A stretch of DNA of 44,105 bases from Betaproteobacteria bacterium (GTDB lineage: Bacteria > Pseudomonadota > Gammaproteobacteria > Burkholderiales > Thiobacillaceae): positions 1 through 44,105 of the forward strand of contig JAIFLB010000065.1 of NCBI GenBank assembly GCA_020049245.1, read 5' to 3'. The position numbers and the translations under genes are program-made. Shown one piece after another: positions 7,984 to 15,000 of this stretch. The notes beneath the pieces were generated by a model. It saw nothing but the letters and a program-made list of their open reading frames with translations, made no database searches and was not told where the DNA came from. Each line of letters begins with the position of its first letter. The first letter of the stretch is position 1.

Positions 7984-8262
7984 TCAACTTCCTTTCGAAG
8001 AGTCATCCGCATTAGCCAGCGGTGTGGCCCACTTTAGCATTTCATCGGCCCAGTACTTGGCGGTAACGGGATCGATATCGAAAACCGTGAAGCGAGCGCC
8101 GCGCTCTCGAATGCGTAAACGCAGCATCGGTGTGCCACCACCCTCATACAAGACTTCCTGGATTTCAATTTCTTGATTGCCAAAAGGGTTACGAAACTTC
8201 GCAATTGGATTTAGTTGGTTCATAATAAATAAGTATTTGGTGATCTGCTGATTATCTGACAT
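7984..8262 (-). CDS. hypothetical small protein (79-92 aa)
   Basis: This is the first ORF of the minus-strand operon, and its stop lies 3 nt upstream of the Cas6-like start (TGA TTC ATG). I recognise no family. The start is ambiguous (ATG 8262 or ATG 8223), and neither has a strong RBS. Confidence 0.4.
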   Translation of the reverse strand: MSDNQQITKYLFIMNQLNPIAKFRNPFGNQEIEIQEVLYEGGGTPMLRLRIRERGARFTVFDIDPVTAKYWADEMLKWATPLANADDSSKGS

Positions 8263-8486
8263 TTTTAGTCAGGTATAGACACATCCCTCAGGGTTATTTT
8301 GAACCTACCCGAAAGGATAGGTTCTGGATTACCCGAGTGAAATACCCGGTTACCCCTTCGGAATGATGGTTAGGATGATAAGTGCTCCCTAATATGCATG
8401 CACTCGTTCCGTATGGCGTTTGTCTGCGGGAAGGTGCTGTGAATTGTGACGACACCCTGTAGTTAAGACTTCAAGGAGATATACAG
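8263..8486. promoter_or_regulatory. divergent control region between dsrA and the minus-strand accessory operon
   Basis: This 224-nt gap lies between divergent operons, so it must carry both promoters. It contains an inverted repeat GAACCTA (8301-8307) / TAGGTTC (8318-8324) and three TACCC[GC] direct repeats (8330, 8343, 8351). A possible -35/-10 pair is TGGTTA (8367-8372) and TAATAT (8390-8395) with a 17-nt spacer. The dsrA RBS is AAGGAGA (8473-8479). The promoter hexamers are guesses. Confidence 0.5.
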
Positions 8487-9785
8487 ATGGCAAAACCAAT
8501 GCATGAAACGCCGAACCTGGACGAACTCGAGACCGGCCCCTGGCCCTCATTTGTCACCGGTCTGAAGCGTCTGGCAAAAGATAACGACATGATGGTTGAC
8601 CTGATGGGTCAACTGGAAACCTCCTACCAGACCAAATTTGGTTACTGGAAGGGTGGTACCGTGGGTGTTGTTGGTTACGGTGGTGGTGTTATTCCCCGTT
8701 TTACCGAACTGAAGGACGAGAACGGCGCTCCCCGTTTCCCCGAAGCTGCTGAATTCCACACCCTGCGCATCCAGCCGCCCGCTGGTATGCATTACACCTC
8801 GGACCTGCTGCGTCAGTTGTCCGATGCCTGGTTGGAGACCGGTGGTTCTGGTCTGATTGCTTTCCACGGCCAGTCTGGCGACATCATGTTCCAGGGTATC
8901 AAGACTGAGAATGTGCAAAAGGCCTTCGACAAGTTCAATGAAATGGGCTTCGACTTGGGCGGTGCTGGTCCTGCATTGCGTACCTCCATGTCCTGCGTCG
9001 GTGCGGCTCGTTGCGAAATGTCGTGTTATGACGAAGCCCGCGCTCTGCGGACAGTCATCAACAACAACCTGGACGACATGCATCGCCCGTCACTGCCTTA
9101 CAAGTTCAAGTTCAAGTTCTCCGGTTGCCCGAACGACTGTATGAACGCCATCCAGCGTTCTGACATGGCGACCATCGGCACCTGGCGTGACAACATGCGC
9201 GCTGACGAGAAGCTGGCACGTGAGTGGTATGCCGCTCACAGCATCGAAGACACCATCAACATGGTTGTCAATCACTGTCCGACCAAGGCTATCCAGCTGA
9301 AAAAGAATGATGGTGCTGTCGCGGCTGAAGGCGTCACCAAAGTTGCGATCTCTGACGATCATTGCCTGGAAATTGACAACCATAACTGCGTGCGTTGCAT
9401 GCACTGTCTGAACGTTATGCCGGGCGCATTGCTGCCAGGTAAAGACAAGGGTGTCACCATCCTGGTTGGCGGCAAGGGCGTGCTGAAGATCGGCGCTTCG
9501 ATGGGTACCGTTGTGATTCCGTTCATGAAGATGGAATCCGATGATGATTTCGAGCGTTTGAACGACCTATCCCGCAGCATCCTCGACTTCTTCGCAGAAA
9601 ATGCGCTGGAGCATGAGCGTACCGGCGAGATGATCGAGCGTATTGGTCTGGTCAATTTCCTCGAAGGTCTCGATATCGAAATTGATCCCAGCATGATCGT
9701 GCATCCGCGTACGAATCCGTACTTCCGTTCGGATGATTGGGATGAGGAAGCTGAAAAGTGGTTCGAACGTAAGGCTGCTGCTTAA
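8487..9785 (+). CDS. dsrA: reverse dissimilatory sulfite reductase, alpha subunit
   Basis: The N-terminus, LDELETGPWPSFVTGLKRL, is typical of DsrA. Siroheme/FeS Cys motifs and a ferredoxin-like insert (CVRCMHC) are present, and the gene heads the dsr cluster. Confidence 0.95.
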   Translation: MAKPMHETPNLDELETGPWPSFVTGLKRLAKDNDMMVDLMGQLETSYQTKFGYWKGGTVGVVGYGGGVIPRFTELKDENGAPRFPEAAEFHTLRIQPPAGMHYTSDLLRQLSDAWLETGGSGLIAFHGQSGDIMFQGIKTENVQKAFDKFNEMGFDLGGAGPALRTSMSCVGAARCEMSCYDEARALRTVINNNLDDMHRPSLPYKFKFKFSGCPNDCMNAIQRSDMATIGTWRDNMRADEKLAREWYAAHSIEDTINMVVNHCPTKAIQLKKNDGAVAAEGVTKVAISDDHCLEIDNHNCVRCMHCLNVMPGALLPGKDKGVTILVGGKGVLKIGASMGTVVIPFMKMESDDDFERLNDLSRSILDFFAENALEHERTGEMIERIGLVNFLEGLDIEIDPSMIVHPRTNPYFRSDDWDEEAEKWFERKAAA

Positions 9786-9809
9786 CTCGGCTGCTGTGTA
9801 ATTACGAAG

Positions 9810-9841
9810 TTCCGTGGCGCTCTGGAAAGCGCGTCACGGAA
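9810..9841 (+). other. intercistronic stem-loop after dsrA
   Basis: TTCCGTGGCGC (9810-9820) pairs with GCGCGTCACGGAA (9829-9841), giving 11 bp with a 2-nt bulge and an 8-nt loop. It is followed by AAAAAGTTTT. Confidence 0.5.
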
Positions 9842-9875
9842 AAAAGTTTTCCGATCTTATTAGTTGGAGAAAAGT

Positions 9876-10949
9876 ATGGCTGAAAGGACTCATGAAACCA
9901 TCGAATCTGGCGCGCCGGATCCGATGCCCTACATGCACCCCGTAATGAAAGACAACTACGGCAAGTGGGTTTACCACTCACATCCGAAGCCGGGTGTTCT
10001 GTATCACCGTGCCGAAAACGGTGCTGAAGTGTGGACGGTCAAAGCGGGTACGCAACGCCAGATGGACCACTACACCATCCTCAAGTTGGCTGATATCGCT
10101 GATCAGTTTGCAGATGGTTATTTGCGCTTCACCACGCGTGCCAACATTGAGTATATGGTTACCGATAACAGCAAGGTCGAGCCGCTGATCAAGGCGCTGA
10201 CTGACAATGGTTTCCCGGTCGGTGGCACTGCCAACTCGGTTTCCATGATTGCGCATACCCAGGGCTGGTTACATTGCGACATTCCGGGTACGGATGCTTC
10301 CGGTGCGGTTAAAGCGCTGATGGATGAGTTGTATGACGAATTCATCAAGTGCGAAATGCCTAACCGCGTCAAGCTTTCAACCTCTTGTTGTGAAATCAAC
10401 TGCGGTGGTCAAGCGGATATTGCGATCGTGATACAGCATACCAAGCCGCCAAAGATCAACCATGATCTGGTCGCCAACGTCTGCGAACGTCCTTCCGTTG
10501 TTGCACGCTGCCCGGTTGCTGCGATCCGTCCGGCTCTGGTTAATGGGAAGCCTTCGCTGGAAGTTGACGAGAAGAAGTGCATTTGTTGCGGTGCCTGTTT
10601 CCCCCCGTGTCCCCCGATGCAGATCAACGACCCCGAGCACTCCAAGTTTGCAATCTGGGTCGGTGGCAAGAATTCCAACGCACGTTCGCGTCCGACCTTC
10701 CACAAGCTGGTTGCTTCCGGCATCCCGAACAACCCACCGCGGTGGCCTGAAGTCAGTGAGATCGTTAAAACCATTCTTGGTGCATACAAGGCAGATGGTC
10801 GTCCTTGGGAACGCATGAATGACTGGATCGACCGTATCGGTTGGCCTGCATTCTTCGAGAAAACTGGTCTGCCCTTCACCAAGTATCACATCGATAACTG
10901 GCGAGGTGGTCGTAGCAGCTTGAACGCATCTGCTCATATCCGCTTCTAA
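9876..10949 (+). CDS. dsrB: reverse dissimilatory sulfite reductase, beta subunit
   Basis: It is DsrB-like throughout, with the CxxCxxC ferredoxin insert (KKCICCGAC). I prefer the ATG at 9876, preceded by GGAGAAAAGT, over the TTG at 9864. Confidence 0.95.
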   Translation: MAERTHETIESGAPDPMPYMHPVMKDNYGKWVYHSHPKPGVLYHRAENGAEVWTVKAGTQRQMDHYTILKLADIADQFADGYLRFTTRANIEYMVTDNSKVEPLIKALTDNGFPVGGTANSVSMIAHTQGWLHCDIPGTDASGAVKALMDELYDEFIKCEMPNRVKLSTSCCEINCGGQADIAIVIQHTKPPKINHDLVANVCERPSVVARCPVAAIRPALVNGKPSLEVDEKKCICCGACFPPCPPMQINDPEHSKFAIWVGGKNSNARSRPTFHKLVASGIPNNPPRWPEVSEIVKTILGAYKADGRPWERMNDWIDRIGWPAFFEKTGLPFTKYHIDNWRGGRSSLNASAHIRF

Positions 10950-10957
10950 TCCACTTT

Positions 10958-10976
10958 CCCGGGATCAAGTCCCGGG
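10958..10976 (+). other. intercistronic stem-loop after dsrB
   Basis: CCCGGGA (10958-10964) and TCCCGGG (10970-10976) form a perfect 7-bp stem with a 5-nt loop, 9 nt after the dsrB stop. Confidence 0.45.
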
Positions 10977-11014
10977 TGTGGTCGAAACCGATATTCGGAG
11001 ATAGGGATATTTAA

Positions 11015-11374
11015 ATGAAAATCGGCATTATGGTAAGTGAAGGGCCTTACAACCATCAGGCAAGCGACACGGCTTATCTGTTTGCGCGTAATGCCATTGA
11101 AAAGGGTCATTCCGTTCCGCGCGTGTTTTTCTATCACGATGGCGTAAATAACTCGACCAAGTTGACTCAGCCTCCTCAAGATGACCGCAATGTGGTGAAT
11201 CGCTGGTCGAAGCTGGCGGAAGATCATGGTGTTGACTTGGTGGTCTGCGTAGCTGCGGGCATGCGTCGCGGAATTACGGATGACATTCTGGCACCTGGTT
11301 TCCGTATTTCGGGTCTGGGCCAATTGGTTGAAGCCGGCATCCAGTGCGATCGCCTGGTGACTTTCGGCGACTAA
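11015..11374 (+). CDS. dsrE: sulfurtransferase DsrE (DsrEFH complex)
   Basis: It belongs to the TusD/DsrE family, with the active-site Cys in the context LVVCVAAGMRRG. Its position after dsrB fits. Confidence 0.9.
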   Translation: MKIGIMVSEGPYNHQASDTAYLFARNAIEKGHSVPRVFFYHDGVNNSTKLTQPPQDDRNVVNRWSKLAEDHGVDLVVCVAAGMRRGITDDILAPGFRISGLGQLVEAGIQCDRLVTFGD

Positions 11375-11384
11375 GGGGATAACG

Positions 11385-11786
11385 ATGAGCGACATGATGG
11401 ATGACATGGACGAAGGCGGCGAAGGCGTCGTCAAGAAATTCATGTTCGTCAACCGCAAAGCGCCCCACGGCACGATCTATGCCTTGGAAGGTCTGGAAGT
11501 TGTGCTGATTTCGGCTGCTTTCGATCAGGATGTGAGCATGGTGTTCGTGGATGACGGCGTTTATGAGTTGATCAAGGGCGTCAACACCAAAGGTATCGAA
11601 GTCAAGGATTTCTCCAAGACCTATCGTGCGCTTGAAGGTTATGACATCGAAAAGCTGTATGTTGAAAAGGCATCAATGGATGCTCGCGGCCTCACTGAAG
11701 ATGATTTGATCGTCGATGTGACCGTGCTCGACAGCGCCGAGATGGCTAATCTCATGGCTGAACAAGACGTCGTGATCAGCTACTGA
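11385..11786 (+). CDS. dsrF: sulfurtransferase subunit DsrF
   Basis: It is TusC/DsrF-like (KFMFVNRKAPHGTIYALEGLEVVL) and sits between dsrE and dsrH. Confidence 0.85.
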   Translation: MSDMMDDMDEGGEGVVKKFMFVNRKAPHGTIYALEGLEVVLISAAFDQDVSMVFVDDGVYELIKGVNTKGIEVKDFSKTYRALEGYDIEKLYVEKASMDARGLTEDDLIVDVTVLDSAEMANLMAEQDVVISY

Positions 11787-11797
11787 GGGAGACGAAC

Positions 11798-12097
11798 ATG
11801 CTGCATATCGTGAATAAATCGGCTACAGAACGTAATTCGCTGGAAAGCGCCTTGCGGATGGCCACAAAGGGTTCTGCCGTGTTGCTGATTGAGGATGCTG
11901 TCTATGCAGCAACTCAGGGTAGCGTGGCGGCGGCGAAAATCAAATCGGCTATGGCCGATGTTCAGATTTATGCCTTGGGTCCTGATCTGGATGCGCGTGG
12001 TATGTCTTCGCGCGTTTTGGACGGAGTTAAAGTTGTTGATTATGGCGGTTTTGTGGACCTCGTTACCGAGCACAACAGCTGCCAATCCTGGTTGTAA
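11798..12097 (+). CDS. dsrH: sulfurtransferase subunit DsrH
   Basis: It is TusB/DsrH-like (MLHIVNKSATERNSLESAL ... LLIEDAVYAA) and lies in the expected position. Confidence 0.85.
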   Translation: MLHIVNKSATERNSLESALRMATKGSAVLLIEDAVYAATQGSVAAAKIKSAMADVQIYALGPDLDARGMSSRVLDGVKVVDYGGFVDLVTEHNSCQSWL

Positions 12098-12117
12098 TTT
12101 TTTTAAAGGAGTTCGCT

Positions 12118-12453
12118 ATGCCTATGGTTGAAGTTGCCGGCAAGAGTTTTGAGGTTGATGAGGAAGGCTATCTGACCAACCTGAACGATTGGAACCAGGA
12201 TATCGCTGAGTATCTGGCCAAGGAAGAAAAGGTTGAAATGACCGAGAGTCACTGGGACGTGGTCAACTTCCTGCGTGAATACTACGACGAGTATCAAATT
12301 GCTCCCGCCGTTCGCGTTCTGACCAAAGCTGTGGCCAAGAAACTCGGGCCTGAAAAAGGAAACAACAAGTATCTGTATGAGTTGTTCCCTTACGGACCCG
12401 CCAAGCAAGCCTGCAAAATCGCAGGTCTGCCGAAACCGACCGGATGTATCTAA
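12118..12453 (+). CDS. dsrC: DsrC, the sulfur-carrier substrate protein of DsrAB
   Basis: The C-terminal arm is canonical, ...PAKQACKIAGLPKPTGCI, with both conserved cysteines. The RBS AAAGGAG lies upstream. Confidence 0.95.
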   Translation: MPMVEVAGKSFEVDEEGYLTNLNDWNQDIAEYLAKEEKVEMTESHWDVVNFLREYYDEYQIAPAVRVLTKAVAKKLGPEKGNNKYLYELFPYGPAKQACKIAGLPKPTGCI

Positions 12454-12472
12454 TCGTTCCCGTCTGAACGAT
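12453..12472 (+). other. stem-loop 1 directly after dsrC
   Basis: ATCGTTC (12453-12459) and GAACGAT (12466-12472) form a perfect 7-bp stem with a 6-nt loop that overlaps the last base of the dsrC stop codon (12451-12453). Confidence 0.4.
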
Positions 12473-12475
12473 AAA

Positions 12476-12500
12476 CTTGACGGGCTAGCCGCCCGTCAAG
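12476..12500 (+). terminator. stem-loop 2 after dsrC (possible partial terminator or mRNA stabiliser)
   Basis: CTTGACGGGC (12476-12485) and GCCCGTCAAG (12491-12500) form a perfect GC-rich 10-bp stem with a 5-nt loop. No T-tract follows, so it is more likely an attenuator or stability element than a full terminator. Confidence 0.45.
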
Positions 12501-12571
12501 TCAGTTGCAAATAGAGTTTATCCAGCAATGCTGGAAAGCAATGATTTTGATCTGCCAACGCAGAGGAACGG

Positions 12572-13309
12572 ATGACATCGTTAACCGTTATATACACGGG
12601 CTTAATGTATTTCGCGACCATCATTCTGATTGTCGGAATTGCTTACCGAATTTATGAGTACAGCCGGACACCGGCTCCTCTTGTGATACCTACTACGCCA
12701 GCGCCAACGACAAATAGTGGCGTAGTTCTTCGCATGGCACGTGAAGTTGTTTTGTTTGAATCGTTGTTCAAATCAAATAAGTGGATTTGGCTCTTCGGCT
12801 GGTTGTTCCATGTTGGACTTGCTTTAGTTCTGTTACGCCATATTCGTTATTTCCAAGAGCCCGTGTGGTTCTGGGTGGAGTTTATTCAGCCTTTTGGTAA
12901 ATATGCTAGTTTTATGATGATTGCTGGATTGGCTGGGCTCTGGGCGCGTCGTTTTCTGGTTGATCGCGTACGCTATATTTCCACGCCTTCCGACCATTTG
13001 ATGTTGGCTTTGTTAGTCGCGATCGGCATGTCAGGTGCAATGATGACTTTTGTCACGCATACAGACATTGTTGCGTTGAAGGCTTTTGCGCTTGGTTTGG
13101 TTGTATTTGATTTACAACCTGTGCCAGAAGACCCGCTTCTGTTGATCCATCTTGGATTAGTTGCCTTGTTGATGATTATTTTTCCGGTCAGTAAGTTATT
13201 GCATGCACCCGGTATTTTCTTCAGTCCAACAAGAAACCAAAAGGATGATCCACGTACCACCCGTCACATTGCGCCCTGGGCTGCAGCGTTGGAGCGTGAC
13301 AAGATCTGA
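12572..13309 (+). CDS. dsrM: DsrM, membrane dihaem cytochrome b (NarI-like)
   Basis: It is a polytopic hydrophobic protein of ~245 aa with conserved His in the TM helices, positioned before dsrK. Confidence 0.85.
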   Translation: MTSLTVIYTGLMYFATIILIVGIAYRIYEYSRTPAPLVIPTTPAPTTNSGVVLRMAREVVLFESLFKSNKWIWLFGWLFHVGLALVLLRHIRYFQEPVWFWVEFIQPFGKYASFMMIAGLAGLWARRFLVDRVRYISTPSDHLMLALLVAIGMSGAMMTFVTHTDIVALKAFALGLVVFDLQPVPEDPLLLIHLGLVALLMIIFPVSKLLHAPGIFFSPTRNQKDDPRTTRHIAPWAAALERDKI

Positions 13310-13383
13310 GCAAGGTTGCTTTGCCTGCTTCAGAATCCTTTTCAGCTAGAGTCAATCACGGAAACAAGAGTTAAGGAGCCAAC

Positions 13384-14907
13384 GTGGCTGTTGCCGAGTT
13401 CGTAATTCCCGAGCTGACTGAATATACGGTCGTCCCCAAAATCAATCCGGGTGCGATGGAGAAGGTCAAATCGTTTGTCGCGCCTCAAGGCCCTCAAGAA
13501 TACTTGGGATACCCCTGGGAATTGGGCGCCGACTGGAAAGAGCGTGCCATCGACAAGATGGGTGACTTGCTGGGCAAGTATCGTTCACTGCGTGTATTTA
13601 TGGATGCCTGCGTACATTGTGGCGCCTGCACAGATAAATGCCATTATTTCCTGGGGACAGCAGATCCGAACAATATGCCGGTTGCACGCCAGGATTTGAT
13701 GCGTAAAGTCTACCGGCGCTACTTTACTTTGCCGGGCAAGATTGCTCCATGGTTAGTCGGTGCCGAAGACCTGACTGAAGACGTGCTGAATCAGTGGTAC
13801 ACCTATTATCACCAGTGCTCGGAATGTCGTCGTTGCTCGGTGTATTGTCCTTATGGAATCGACACTGCTGAAGTCACCATGGCGGGTCGTGAAATTCTGA
13901 ACTATGTAGGTGTAGGTCAGAAATACTCCAACGAAATTCTGGTCAAGGTACAGAAAATCGGGAACAACCTCGGCTTGCCTGGTCCCGCCCTGGAAGACAC
14001 GCTACTTGGCTTGGAAGAGGATATCGAGGCGGATACCGGCGTCCCAGTCAAGATGCCACTCGACGTAGTCGGTGCCGAAATTATGCTGGTGACGCCATCA
14101 GCCGACTTCTTCTCCGAGCCCCATGTTGAATCATTGATCGGCTATGCCAAAGTATTCCATGCTGCAGGCGTATCTTGGACTTTATCGAGCAAAGCGTCTG
14201 AGGCAGGAAATTTCGGCTTGTTTAATGGCAGTTACGAGACCATGCAGAAAGTTGCCATGCGGATTCGTGATGCCGCGCTGGAGCTTGGATGCAAACGCAT
14301 TATTGTCGGCGAATGCGGTCACGCTTGGCGGGTTGCCTATAGCTTCTGGAATACTCTGACTGGTATTGGTTACGGCGGGGAAGACCCGTTTTCCAAGAAA
14401 CTTCAGCAGCAATTGGATAACCGGTATCCGCAACCGATGCATATATGCGAATACACCTGGGATTTGATTGAAAGCGGTGTACTTAAATTCGACAAGTCTC
14501 TGAACGACAATCGTGTCATTACATTCCACGATTCCTGCAACGTCGCTCGTGGATCTCGAATGGGTACCGAACCCGGGGGACAGTTCACCATCCCAAGAAA
14601 CATCATCAGGGCCGTGGCAAACAACTTCCAGGACATGCCCGACGATACTATCGGAGAAGGTACTTTCTGTTGCGGCGGCGGCGGCGGCTTGTTGACCGAT
14701 GACTTGATTGAAGTCCGCGTAAAAGGCGCATTACCTCGCATGAATGCCTACAACAGTGTTGTAAAAGGCAATCAGGTCAATTTCCTGGCGTTGATATGCG
14801 CGATTTGCAAGGCCCAATTTACCAAGGTGTTCCCGTATTACGGATTTGATCGTGGTCAGGTCGGTGGCGTGCACCAGCTCGTCAGTACGGCCATCAAGCT
14901 GGATTGA
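13384..14907 (+). CDS. dsrK: DsrK, HdrD-like iron-sulfur protein with a CCG domain
   Basis: It carries two ferredoxin motifs, CVHCGACTDKC and CSECRRCSVYCP, plus a C-terminal CCG motif (GTFCCGGGGG). The GTG start is preceded by AAGGAG. Confidence 0.9.
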   Translation: MAVAEFVIPELTEYTVVPKINPGAMEKVKSFVAPQGPQEYLGYPWELGADWKERAIDKMGDLLGKYRSLRVFMDACVHCGACTDKCHYFLGTADPNNMPVARQDLMRKVYRRYFTLPGKIAPWLVGAEDLTEDVLNQWYTYYHQCSECRRCSVYCPYGIDTAEVTMAGREILNYVGVGQKYSNEILVKVQKIGNNLGLPGPALEDTLLGLEEDIEADTGVPVKMPLDVVGAEIMLVTPSADFFSEPHVESLIGYAKVFHAAGVSWTLSSKASEAGNFGLFNGSYETMQKVAMRIRDAALELGCKRIIVGECGHAWRVAYSFWNTLTGIGYGGEDPFSKKLQQQLDNRYPQPMHICEYTWDLIESGVLKFDKSLNDNRVITFHDSCNVARGSRMGTEPGGQFTIPRNIIRAVANNFQDMPDDTIGEGTFCCGGGGGLLTDDLIEVRVKGALPRMNAYNSVVKGNQVNFLALICAICKAQFTKVFPYYGFDRGQVGGVHQLVSTAIKLD

Positions 14908-14921
14908 TTTTGATACTGAGC

Positions 14922-14939
14922 GGTACGGTATGCCGTACC
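14922..14939 (+). other. intercistronic stem-loop after dsrK
   Basis: GGTACGG (14922-14928) and CCGTACC (14933-14939) form a perfect 7-bp stem with a 4-nt loop. Confidence 0.4.
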
Positions 14940-15000
14940 AATGAAATTTTAGGTGCAGTTAGAAAATGCGCCGTGTGCAATTGACGATAGGAGAGCGAAG

